Under the pieces are notes generated by a model. That model searched no databases. It was not told the DNA's origin and saw only the letters and a program-made list of their open reading frames with translations. 64,000 nucleotides of DNA, from assembly GCA_020381345.1 (NCBI GenBank), contig GCA_020381345.1_3636.1. One strand, written 5' to 3'. The position numbers and the translations under genes are program-made. Shown here one piece after another: positions 48,122 to 56,783 of this stretch (position 1 is its first letter; every line of letters begins with the position of its first letter). This stretch comes from a phage.

Positions 48122-48250
48122 AAAGAATATAACTAAAATAACTAAATAATAAAAAATAAAAGATCTAGTACTTATGGTACTAAAGTACATATACTTAACT
48201 TATGTAGAATATACTAGATCCTAAGTACCATGTTTTAAATTTATTACTTA
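48122..48250. other. AT-rich tract with GTAC-containing palindromes (possible DNA unwinding element)
   Basis: About 130 bp of strongly AT-rich sequence right after the iterons, including AGTACTTATGGTACT. Confidence 0.4.
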
Positions 48251-48623
48251 CTATAGGTAGTGTCGGCCCTTCATTGGCACTCGCCTACGAGGGGCGAGAT
48301 GCCGGGCCTCCGTAGTGCACACAATAACAGAAGTGCATACATGCAGGTATGTTAACATGTGTGGTAGCGAAGCGATAGCGCAGGCCAAAGGCCGAGCACT
48401 AATGTGGGCCACCGACGAAAGCTTGCCAGCGCCGTAAGGAGTCGGTTAAGAGTCTCCCGCGCGAGTTTGGATAAAGTTTATGTGTGGAAACGGACAAGGA
48501 GGCCCCTAAATAGCCCCACAGCTATATAAACTATACCAGGTAAGGCAATCGCACCAGTTTGATAGAAAAGCTCGTTACAAAGCGATACAGTGAGTTTTTC
48601 TATAACTTGAAGAGGAGGCAGCT

Positions 48624-49202
48624 ATGAGTCAACGCAAAGATGACCGTGAAAAGATTGCAAAACGTTATCAGAATGAAGAACAGATGGAGAAAACTTTCAA
48701 GTGGAAGCCAGGTTTCCAGCGTAATCATTCTAACGCTCGTGATCGTAAGCATCCGGATAAGTGGTTAACACCGCCAAATGATGGCATTCAGGTTGGTGAT
48801 GAGAAGGAGCTGTCACCTGGAAAAGATGGCAACTACATTCGCACTAAGGAAGCAGGTCCAAAGGATGACAGCTATCTTGTAGATAAGGTTCTTGACGGTG
48901 TTGAGGTAGGTGTTGACACTGCACGAAACCTTTTTCTTGGTTGGTATCGCACAGGGTTTTTCGACATCAAGGCTATTCGTCGTGTTTGTGATATTAAAAA
49001 GTCTGCCTATGATGATGACTCCCTACATCGCACTCTGAGACAATACTCAGAGAGATACGGTCATCCAGTTATCACTCTTGACGATATTAACGAAGTGATG
49101 TATCATGCAGAGGTTGTTGCAGGTAGGTTCGGTGATGCATATCTCGGTATCCTTTCTGCAAAGGATGAGGTAATGTTAAATAAGATTTACTATGAACGCT
49201 GA
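48624..49202 (+). CDS. hypothetical protein (192 aa)
   Basis: ORF with RBS GAAGAGGAGG upstream. Confidence 0.55.
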   Translation: MSQRKDDREKIAKRYQNEEQMEKTFKWKPGFQRNHSNARDRKHPDKWLTPPNDGIQVGDEKELSPGKDGNYIRTKEAGPKDDSYLVDKVLDGVEVGVDTARNLFLGWYRTGFFDIKAIRRVCDIKKSAYDDDSLHRTLRQYSERYGHPVITLDDINEVMYHAEVVAGRFGDAYLGILSAKDEVMLNKIYYER

Positions 49203-49212
49203 GGGGCGATTA

Positions 49213-49401
49213 ATGAACAATCCGGTAGCAAAGAACTGTAATAAGTTCAACAAGTCTGCGATTCACACTGACAGGAAAAAGGGTTGGTTTCCTGACATTG
49301 ACGAGGAGCTTGAGAGTTACTTTGAAGATTTAGTCACCAATGCAGATGAGGTTGCGATTAAAGAATATGCAGACAGGAGGGATAAGGCCGGAATCTGTTG
49401 A
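49213..49401 (+). CDS. hypothetical protein (about 62 aa)
   Basis: Internal ATG at 49213 with RBS GAGGGG. Confidence 0.45.
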   Translation: MNNPVAKNCNKFNKSAIHTDRKKGWFPDIDEELESYFEDLVTNADEVAIKEYADRRDKAGIC

Positions 49402-49426
49402 CAAAAATAATGTTACCTGATAAGAT
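49398..49426 (+). promoter_or_regulatory. sigma70-like promoter
   Basis: TTGACA, 17-nt spacer, TAAGAT. Confidence 0.45.
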
Positions 49427-49477
49427 CTGCAATATGATGTGATACAATTTTAACTTACGAGGTCTACAGGTAATGCT

Positions 49478-49720
49478 ATGTTTAAGGTTAAGCTCGTTTT
49501 TCGTTCCATGAATGAGGATTATTTAGAAGATGAAGGTGAATTTCGTGCACTGGATGATGCAATAGATTTTGCCAACGACTTAGCTTGTATGAATACGGGT
49601 TATGGGTTATGTTGTTGGGATGGTGGTGTTCAGATCGGTGATAGCAAGATCTTCTACTTCTACCCTGAGCCCGATAACAAACAAATTAAGTATGTTTTAT
49701 TTATTTGTGCTTTACAATGA
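49478..49720 (+). CDS. hypothetical protein (80 aa)
   Basis: ORF track. Confidence 0.5.
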   Translation: MFKVKLVFRSMNEDYLEDEGEFRALDDAIDFANDLACMNTGYGLCCWDGGVQIGDSKIFYFYPEPDNKQIKYVLFICALQ

Positions 49721-50007
49721 GGTTGTTTTCGTGTATCATGATGAATATCCAATTTAAAGATGAATTTGATGGCTTTATCTCCGGATGCTTTGAAACAGGG
49801 TTCGGAGAAGACTGAGTTCCCCTTAGAGGGCTTGATAGTGCACCACACTTAAAATGGTAGGGGCAGCCAGCACATGACGATGTGACCCCAGCCAACCTGT
49901 AATAAGGTCGAGCCAAAGCGCGGTAATAGGCTCTGGTAACCCACTTGTTGGGTCTTGTTGGTCCAGGACGCTGGACAAGTCGCAGGGAATACCACCCTGC
50001 GGCGAGC

Positions 50008-50036
50008 TTGACAATCAGTGTTTGCTATGATAAAAT
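50008..50036 (+). promoter_or_regulatory. sigma70 promoter
   Basis: TTGACA, 17-nt spacer, TAAAAT; preceded by hairpin CGCAGGG..CCCTGCG. Confidence 0.55.
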
Positions 50037-50064
50037 CCACTTATCACGTGATAATGGAGGAAAC

Positions 50065-50403
50065 ATGGCGGATACAACTAAAAAGCGTCGCCGTAGAGGC
50101 AGACCTCTGAAAGAGGAGTCCAACGCCATTCAGCTAGAGAAGAACATCCTTGATATGAAGGAATCTTTTATAGCGATGGTTCCAGAAGCTCACAAAGTTT
50201 TAAGAGAGCTGATGTTGGACCCGAAAACCAAACAAAATATTCGTCAAAGCATTGCAGAGTATGTTCTTGACAAGGCAGACCGAATGCAGGAAGAATATGA
50301 TGAGATGTTTGGTGAAGAGGAAGAGGTGGTAGTAGAAGAGGCTGAAAAACCAGCACCTTTTATGCCGTTTACCACAGAAATACAGCCTGTTAGCAATAGC
50401 TAA
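50065..50403 (+). CDS. hypothetical protein with Arg-rich N-terminus and acidic C-terminus (112 aa)
   Basis: ATG 50065 with RBS GGAGG; N-terminal KKRRRRGRP. Confidence 0.55.
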   Translation: MADTTKKRRRRGRPLKEESNAIQLEKNILDMKESFIAMVPEAHKVLRELMLDPKTKQNIRQSIAEYVLDKADRMQEEYDEMFGEEEEVVVEEAEKPAPFMPFTTEIQPVSNS

Positions 50404-50412
50404 AATATTTTC

Positions 50413-50441
50413 TTGACAAACTTTGCTTAACAGTGTAATAT
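50413..50441 (+). promoter_or_regulatory. sigma70 promoter upstream of the tRNA cluster
   Basis: TTGACA, 17-nt spacer, TAATAT, about 60 nt before the first tRNA. Confidence 0.55.
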
Positions 50442-50499
50442 TGTAAACATGGTCTCCCACCTTTTCTGGCGGCTAAGGTGTAAAAGAAAGCCACCCAGT

Positions 50500-50574
50500 G
50501 CCCTGTTAGCTTAGTGGATAAAGCAGCGGCCTTCTAAGCCGTTGACACTGGTTCGAGTCCAGTACGGGGTGCCA
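50500..50574 (+). tRNA. tRNA-Arg (anticodon TCT)
   Basis: Hand-folded cloverleaf: acceptor GCCCTGT/ACGGGGT, anticodon loop CTTCTAA, T-loop TTCGAGT, encoded CCA. Confidence 0.7.
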
Positions 50575-50704
50575 AGTTCTTTTTAATGTAGCTTACTTTA
50601 GCAGAGTAAATCTTCGGCAAGTGGCGGTAACCACTTTACCGATACCTCATAGTTAGTGGTGAGAACACTAGCTATTTTAAAAAGAATTTAAATATTAGTA
50701 TTTA

Positions 50705-50792
50705 GGTGAGTTAATTCCGTAGGGGTAGCGGGGCAGACTGTAAATCTGTTATCATTGCGATTCGGGTGGTTCGACTCCATCACTCACCACCA
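50705..50792 (+). tRNA. tRNA-Tyr (anticodon GTA), long variable arm
   Basis: Acceptor GGTGAGT/ACTCACC, anticodon loop CTGTAAA, T-loop TTCGACT, CCA; 88 nt. Confidence 0.6.
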
Positions 50793-50906
50793 AATTTATA
50801 TTTTTAAATGCATAAATCATACAGATAATGGCATTGATATTTATCGTCGTTTATACTAGTCACTAACTGCTCGAAAATCAGTGTCATTATCAGTATTGTT
50901 TATAAA

Positions 50907-50997
50907 AGAGGGTAGGGAGCAATGGTGCTCAAGCGGTCTTGAAAACCGTCCCGTTGAGGATTACTCGATGATGGTTCGATTCCATTATCCTCTGCCA
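50907..50997 (+). tRNA. tRNA-Ser (anticodon TGA), type II
   Basis: Acceptor AGAGGGT/ATCCTCT, anticodon loop CTTGAAA, T-loop TTCGATT, CCA; 91 nt. Confidence 0.6.
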
Positions 50998-51095
50998 TAT
51001 TGTTGACCTTGTAATTAAGCGAAAGCCGGAAGCAGAACCGGATTATCAAATGTTACAGTCGTCATCGCCGACTAGCAACATGGTCAACATACTGA

Positions 51096-51192
51096 GCTAG
51101 GTAAGCCCTTTGGCAAGGGCGAGGATTTTTAATCCTGAAAATAGACGAGGTAGTCGTTGAATACATAGGTGGTTCGATTCCATCACCTAGCA
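51096..51192 (+). tRNA. atypical tRNA-like element (97 nt), anticodon uncertain
   Basis: Acceptor GCTAGGT/ACCTAGC, D-arm GCCC/GGGC, T-arm GGTGG-TTCGATT-CCATC, but non-canonical anticodon arm, 29-nt extra arm, A at position 8, no CCA. Confidence 0.35.
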
Positions 51193-51199
51193 CCTTTTT

Positions 51200-51275
51200 G
51201 CTGATGTAGCACAATTGGTAGTGCAATTGATTTGTAATCAATAGGTTGCAGGTTCAAGTCCTGCCATCAGCACCA
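51200..51275 (+). tRNA. tRNA-Thr (anticodon TGT)
   Basis: Acceptor GCTGATG/CATCAGC, anticodon loop TTTGTAA, T-loop TTCAAGT, CCA. Confidence 0.7.
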
Positions 51276-51276
51276 T

Positions 51277-51351
51277 GGCCCTGTAGCTGGAAGGTTCAAG
51301 CAAGCGACTCATAATCGCCAGACGGTGGTTCAATTCCACCCAGGGCCACCA
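51277..51351 (+). tRNA. tRNA-Met or Ile2 (anticodon CAT)
   Basis: Acceptor GGCCCTG/CAGGGCC, anticodon loop CTCATAA, T-arm GGTGG-TTCAATT-CCACC, CCA; D-stem weak. Confidence 0.55.
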
Positions 51352-51362
51352 AATAATGAATA

Positions 51363-51439
51363 CTCCGCGTAGCTCAGCTTGGTAGAGCGCCTGATTTGGG
51401 ATCAGGAGGTCGAGTGTTCGAATCACTCCGTGGAGACCA
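51363..51439 (+). tRNA. tRNA-Pro (anticodon TGG)
   Basis: Acceptor CTCCGCG/CGTGGAG, D-arm GCTC-AGCTTGGTA-GAGC, anticodon loop TTTGGGA, T-loop TTCGAAT, CCA. Confidence 0.7.
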
Positions 51440-51485
51440 CTTTCAGTTATACTTTAAACATATACAAACAAAAGGAACCTTTAAA

Positions 51486-51755
51486 ATGTATACACTTAAA
51501 ATTGTAGAGCGTGTAAATCCAACCCATACCGTAGATTTTCGTGACGATTTCAATCCTCTGGCTGTAAATCTTCGAGAGTCATATCATGAACTCAGCTGCG
51601 ATGCAGTGGTGGTCTTTTTTGAAGACAACTCTGAAGGGGCGGTAGCTTGTGTTGTTGATAGTGAGCAGAAGTTTTATATTTACAGAGATGTAGATGCATA
51701 CTTGATGAATGAAAATGCAGTTACTGTTAGAATCATCCACCGAGTGCCTCGATAA
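51486..51755 (+). CDS. hypothetical protein (89 aa)
   Basis: Track ORF 51396..51755 overlaps tRNA-Pro; internal ATG 51486 used. Confidence 0.45.
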   Translation: MYTLKIVERVNPTHTVDFRDDFNPLAVNLRESYHELSCDAVVVFFEDNSEGAVACVVDSEQKFYIYRDVDAYLMNENAVTVRIIHRVPR

Positions 51756-51810
51756 GTATTAGTCTCCTTTTAGTTAGTTTCGATCTATTTAGGTTACTCA
51801 ATTTTAACCC

Positions 51811-51846
51811 GCCCCGTTAGCTGTATAGCTGCGGGGTTTTTTCGTT
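51811..51846 (+). terminator. rho-independent terminator
   Basis: GC stem CCCCG..CGGGG followed by TTTTTTCGTTTC. Confidence 0.6.
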
Positions 51847-51860
51847 TCTGGAGCCTTAAA

Positions 51861-52259
51861 ATGATTTCAGTTTTAACATGGCTGAGCAGGTATAGAGGGA
51901 TCATAAAAGGTTTAGTTTTTGCAGCTGCGATAGGTACAGCTTATCTTGGGGCCGTGTATTGGTTTAACTCTAAGCTTAATGATGCCTACCAAGAAGGTGT
52001 GTCAGCAACAGAGTTAAAGTGGGAACGGATCCTTGATCAGCAACAAAAGCAGGCCGACAAAATTAAAATGGGCCACGCAGAGGAGGTTAAAAACCTTGAA
52101 AAATCCCTTTCTGATCTACAGGATAAATTAAATATGGCTGAGAAGGCAGGTAAAGAAAAGCAGATTATTTACCTCCAGTCACCTGAGGGTAAGAAGTCAA
52201 CACTCCCTGATCAGCTTATAGATATTTATAATGAGAGTATTAATCAGGAGGGTAGATGA
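51861..52259 (+). CDS. i-spanin (Rz-like, 132 aa)
   Basis: N-terminal TM helix then coiled-coil periplasmic domain; overlaps the next lipoprotein gene by 4 nt. Confidence 0.6.
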   Translation: MISVLTWLSRYRGIIKGLVFAAAIGTAYLGAVYWFNSKLNDAYQEGVSATELKWERILDQQQKQADKIKMGHAEEVKNLEKSLSDLQDKLNMAEKAGKEKQIIYLQSPEGKKSTLPDQLIDIYNESINQEGR

Positions 52260-52543
52260 GAGTTGCTACACTGTTTATTGTGTGCTTGTTATTATGTGGG
52301 TGTGCAACCAGCGTTGAGAGAGAATACAAGATTGACCCTCCGGATGTAGGAAGGTTGATTGTTAAACCCCCAGAAGGTGCCATGAAACCACCTGCTAAAG
52401 CTATGCCTTTGAAGAAAGGTGCGCCAGATGCAGTGAATTCTGGCATTATGAGGGATAATAATCTGTCTTGTAGCAATGATAGAGCTAAATTGATCATTTT
52501 GCAAGACTATATTAGAACACTGTTTCCAAAGGAGAGAGGTTAA
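52256..52543 (+). CDS. o-spanin (Rz1-like outer-membrane lipoprotein, 95 aa)
   Basis: Signal peptide with lipobox LLLCGC and proline-rich mature region. Confidence 0.6.
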   Translation: MRVATLFIVCLLLCGCATSVEREYKIDPPDVGRLIVKPPEGAMKPPAKAMPLKKGAPDAVNSGIMRDNNLSCSNDRAKLIILQDYIRTLFPKERG

Positions 52544-53285
52544 TGTCTAAGATTTACGGACCGTGTTCTGAAAAGCAGAAGATGATCCTAGAAAACGATG
52601 CAGATATTTTGGTAATCGGCGGTGCCGCAGGGTCTGGCAAGTCGTTCCTCTTGCAGTTGATGCCACTTAAAATTATTGATGACCCCCACAGCTCTGTGGT
52701 TATGTTCCGAAGAACAACCCCGCAGTTGGAAGGTGAGGGTGGACTATGGCCTAAAGCAGTAGCTATTTATAGTGATCTGCCTGAAAACATTAAGCCAAAG
52801 TTCAGAGAGAAGGATCATAAGTTCATTTTTCCACGGTTTGATCCGAACACTGGTAAGTGGGATAGAAGCAAAAAGGGAGCTGTTGTAAAATACTGCCACA
52901 TGGAGTATGTACAAGATAAGCTTAACCATCAGGGGCTTGAGTACACCATGGTTTGCTTCGATGAGGGCACGCAGTTCGAATGGGAGCAGATAGACTATCT
53001 GATGTCTCGTCTGCGATCTCAGTCAAAGTATCCATCAAGAATGGTTATCAGCTGTAACCCCGATTCAGAACACATGCTTGCCAAACTGGTTAGATGGTGG
53101 TTGGACGATGAAGGGTATCCAGATCCGGAGAAATGCGGTAAGAAAAGATATTTTATCCGACGCGACGGTGAATTTATATGGGGAGACTCTAAAGAAGAGT
53201 TGATAGAGAAATACACCACGGTTAACGGACTGGGTGTGGAGATCAAGCCAAGACCGTTGTCATTCTCGTTTATAGGCGCAACCAT
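52543..53285 (+). CDS. terL: terminase large subunit, exon 1 (ATPase domain); 3' boundary approximate
   Basis: Walker A ILVIGGAAGSGKSF and Walker-B-like MVCFDEGTQ; apparent stop at 53290 lies inside the intron. Confidence 0.7.
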
Positions 53286-54264
53286 TAAATGATAGTGGCT
53301 TCGTGCAGAAATGCACGTCGAATAACTTCGTTAATTGCTGGAAAATCCGATTGCTAAACGGACAATCAGCAGCTATAATTACCCTTCCGAACCTGTAGTA
53401 GGGAGATGTTTGAAATGAAAAATTTAGGCTTTTTAGGCTACAATCATTATTGTGCTACATACGATGGCAGAATTTACAGTCTGTATTCTAATAAATTCCT
53501 CCATCCTAATGTGCAGAAAAAGACTGGCTATGCTATGGTAACTTTGTGCGAGGACGGTAAAAAGTTCCAAGTGCTCGTTCACAGAGTGATTGCTATGACT
53601 TTTGTTGATAATGATAATCCCAGCGTGAAAACTCAAGTAAATCACCTTGATGGCAATAAGTTGAATAACGCCGCATGGAACCTTGAGTGGACAACACCTG
53701 AGGAAAACACACATCATGCTCATGAAATGGGACTTAAAAAGGACTATGTCAATAAATACAGGTCCCTAGATGATGCCACTGCTCTTGAAATATGTAGACT
53801 GTTAGAGCAAGGTGCAAGGGTAAAAGACATTTGTGAAATGTTTGGTGTCAATCAACCACTTGTAAGTGGTATAAAGAATGGCTCAGTATACCCAGATATT
53901 TCTAAAGAGTTTAACTTTAGAAAAGTGCCAACCTCTAATAGGATAAGTGAGCACAAGATAATAGGTATCTGCGAGGATCTTAGTGATAGGGTTTTGTGTG
54001 TAAATAAAATAGCTAAGAAGTGGGGCGTAAGTTTTAGTGTTGTTAAAGGAATAAAAGACCGTAAGACTTACACCTATATTTCAAACAATTACGATTGGTA
54101 ATGTAGTTCAACGACTATCCCGAGAGGGAGTAGGGCGCAAGCTTATGGCGCTCGAAAAGCGAAGCACCCTGAGATGGGTGGTGATATAGTCTACTCTGCA
54201 TGGTAACATGCAGCGGCACGTAATGGTGCGGAGGGTGGTGTTGCGACCACCTTTGAATATAAGG
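53286..54264 (+). mobile_element. group I intron in terL carrying an HNH homing endonuclease ORF; boundaries approximate
   Basis: About 980 bp between the ATPase and nuclease halves; contains CTAAACGGACAATC and a 3' block nearly identical to nrdD intron 2. Confidence 0.65.
53406..54101 (+). CDS. HNH homing endonuclease (intron-encoded, 231 aa)
   Basis: HNH motif VLVHRVIAMTF..VNHLDGNKLNNAAWNLEW; own RBS GGGAG. Confidence 0.7.
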   Translation: MFEMKNLGFLGYNHYCATYDGRIYSLYSNKFLHPNVQKKTGYAMVTLCEDGKKFQVLVHRVIAMTFVDNDNPSVKTQVNHLDGNKLNNAAWNLEWTTPEENTHHAHEMGLKKDYVNKYRSLDDATALEICRLLEQGARVKDICEMFGVNQPLVSGIKNGSVYPDISKEFNFRKVPTSNRISEHKIIGICEDLSDRVLCVNKIAKKWGVSFSVVKGIKDRKTYTYISNNYDW

Positions 54265-55069
54265 ATTCGATAATCCTGTCTGCTTGAGAGACAACCCAGA
54301 ATACCTTGCTTTTCTTGAAGGTCTGCCCGAGCTTGAAAAAGCCCAGCTTCTTCATGGCAACTGGTTTGCAAAGCCTGAGGGTGCAAACTATTTTCAAAGA
54401 TCTTTCCTTCGTGATGCCGATAGAGTACCCCTTGGATCAGTATCTTGCAGGGCATGGGATAAGGCAGGAACCGAGAGAACTTCCGGTAATAAATTTCCTG
54501 ACTTTACCGCCAGTGTTAAGGTAAGTAAAGATAGCGACGGCTTTTATTACCTGTCCGGTGATTATTGTCCTGAGAACGTGGATGACGGGAGGTATTCCAC
54601 AGGTCTGGAAGGCAAGTTCTGTAAAAAGGCTGGTGAACGAGATGTGATCATCAGGAAACAGGCGCAGTTTGATGGTGATGATTGTATAATCGTATTCTCT
54701 GTGGACCCCGGTCAGGCAGGTAAGAGTGAGTTCTTAACATCCTCCAGATCCTTGCTCGCCGAAGGGTTTAGGGTTGAAGAAGACCCAATGCCTTCCAACA
54801 AATCTAAACTGACAAGGTTCTCACCTTTTGCCAATCTTGCCCAACAAGGAATGGTTAGGATTGTAAAATCCAGTTTCCATCCTGATACTCTGGAAGCATT
54901 TCTGACTGAACTTGAAAAATTCAACGGGGAAAGATCAACATTTAACAGGAAAGACGACTGGGCCGACTGTGTAGCTTCTGCGATTAATTTCCTGGAGAAA
55001 GAGGAGGTAGCACTTCCTTGTGTGATTCCATCAATCTCATCACCTTCTATGTTCAAGCGTTTTATCTAA
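54265..55069 (+). CDS. terL: terminase large subunit, exon 2 (nuclease domain); 5' boundary approximate
   Basis: Open frame continuous from 54263 with no ATG; acidic residues consistent with a terminase nuclease domain (IIVFSVDPGQAG, DDWADC); track start is TTG. Confidence 0.65.
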
Positions 55070-55118
55070 GTGTTGCCAATCTTAATTAGATGTGGTAGAA
55101 TAGAGTAATCGGAGATAC

Positions 55119-55148
55119 TAGCCCTCTAACACGAGGGCTATTTTGTTA
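55119..55148 (+). terminator. rho-independent terminator
   Basis: TAGCCCTC-TAACAC-GAGGGCTA followed by TTTTGTT. Confidence 0.6.
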
Positions 55149-55171
55149 TACTGTTTTGAGGGGTAAAGCTT

Positions 55172-56728
55172 GTGTCCAAAAAGAACCGCAGGAAACACAA
55201 CGCCACAGCCAAAACTGTGAATAAATCTGGGAACGCAGGCGCACCAACTCATAATGTTCGTATGAGTGAGATCGGTTCTGGCGCACTTTCCCAAATTATG
55301 GCAGAGTCGCAATCTATGATGGTTGAGGAATTGCGTTGGCCTCAGCTGATTGCTACAGTGGAGACTATGAAATGTGATTCCACAGTTGCTACTGCCTTAG
55401 ATACAAAATATGTTTTCATCACGAAAGCATTTAATGATTTTAAGATCCTTTATAATGTTAAAAGTGAAGACTCTAAGAAAGCTGCCGAGCTTATAGAGTA
55501 TTCTTTGCGTAATTTGGCAAACCAACAAACTCTTCGAGATATTGCAAGAAGCGCAGCTACCTTTAACGAGTATGGTTTTTCACTGTTTGAGAAAGTATAC
55601 CGCAGAGAGAGAGAAGGTAAATATGCCGGGATGCTTCTTATTGATAAAATTGCATTCCGACCTCAGGCCAGCCTGTCCAGATCAGAGCCGTTTGTTTTTG
55701 ATAAGAATAGCAGAACACTGACAGGTATTTATCAGTCACCTAATGCATTTCTAAACACTCAGAATGCACGCTGGGCTGGACCTCTTGCTGCAATGCCTTC
55801 AAAAGGCTTTAATGAGCCTGAAATTTTCATCCCTGCTAAAAAGCTTATGCTCATGACCCTGTCAGGAACAGAATCTAACCCTGCAGGTGTGTCACCTATG
55901 ATAGGTTGCTACAGATCTTTCCGTGAGAAAGTTCTGATTGAAAACCTTGAGGTTGTTGGCTGTTCCAAAGACCTTGGTGGCGTGCTTGAGCTGAAAATTC
56001 CTTCCAATATTTTGAACAAGGCCAGCATTGACCCGAATTCAATGGAAGGGAGAATGGTTGCAGACCTTATGCTTGACGCAGCAAACGCCCATAGTGGTGA
56101 GCAAAGTTTCTTTATACTTCCGTCTGATAGAGATAAGTCTGGTAAAGAGCTTTACTCCATGACCCTGAAGGGGGTTGACGGTATGGGTAAGCAGTATTCC
56201 ACTAAAGATTTGATTGATGCCCGTAAGAAGGCGATTCTTGACCGTTTCGGTGCTGGCTTTATTAACCTCGGTAACGATAACGTTGGATCCTTCTCTCTGT
56301 CTGAGTCAAAACAGTCTATCCATGGTCATTTTGTTCAGCGTGATATAGATATTATCACTGAGGCCTTCAATAAAGATCTTATTCCACAGCTTCTGGCATT
56401 GAATGGTATCATCCTTGAAGATGATGATATGCCTAAACTGAAACCTGGTCTGATTGAAGAAGTGGACATGGAGAGCTTCTCCAAGTTTGTCCAGAGGATC
56501 GGTGCTGTAGGTTACTTGCCAAAAACTCCTGCAGTAATTAATAAGATTCTTGAAGTAGGCGGGTTTGATGAAAGATTTGACGAGGACATGGATCAGGAAG
56601 AGCTGATGAAGCTCTTGGGCCAGGACATCAGTAGAGCTGGTGATGGAATGGCTGCAGGATCCACTGGTAACGGCACTTCTAAGATGTCATCAACCAGAGA
56701 TAATTCCATATCCAACATGGAAAATTAA
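55172..56728 (+). CDS. putative portal protein (518 aa)
   Basis: Large ORF directly after terL, GTG start with RBS GAGGGG; call by position and size only. Confidence 0.55.
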   Translation: MSKKNRRKHNATAKTVNKSGNAGAPTHNVRMSEIGSGALSQIMAESQSMMVEELRWPQLIATVETMKCDSTVATALDTKYVFITKAFNDFKILYNVKSEDSKKAAELIEYSLRNLANQQTLRDIARSAATFNEYGFSLFEKVYRREREGKYAGMLLIDKIAFRPQASLSRSEPFVFDKNSRTLTGIYQSPNAFLNTQNARWAGPLAAMPSKGFNEPEIFIPAKKLMLMTLSGTESNPAGVSPMIGCYRSFREKVLIENLEVVGCSKDLGGVLELKIPSNILNKASIDPNSMEGRMVADLMLDAANAHSGEQSFFILPSDRDKSGKELYSMTLKGVDGMGKQYSTKDLIDARKKAILDRFGAGFINLGNDNVGSFSLSESKQSIHGHFVQRDIDIITEAFNKDLIPQLLALNGIILEDDDMPKLKPGLIEEVDMESFSKFVQRIGAVGYLPKTPAVINKILEVGGFDERFDEDMDQEELMKLLGQDISRAGDGMAAGSTGNGTSKMSSTRDNSISNMEN

Positions 56729-56783
56729 AAATTATCAACACAGGGGGTTGCAAAACCTCCTTTGGCGTGATAAAATAATCCAC

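Noticed and set aside
50575-50704. Additional tRNA between tRNA-Arg and tRNA-Tyr
   Set aside because: Hairpins are present but no acceptor/T-arm pairing or GTTC-type T-loop could be built; left uncalled
51861-52259. Small terminase subunit, based on position just upstream of terL
   Set aside because: It has an N-terminal TM helix and coiled coil and overlaps a lipoprotein gene, which fits a spanin pair; no small terminase subunit was confidently identified
54108-54455. Minus-strand ORFs 54108-54455 and 54191-54397
   Set aside because: They lie across the intron 3' core and exon 2; the shared PLRAAAC peptide is just the conserved intron block read in an antisense frame
54284-55069. The nuclease-domain ORF as an independent gene starting at TTG
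   Set aside because: No ATG or RBS, and the frame is open back to 54263 directly after the conserved intron 3' block; better read as terL exon 2
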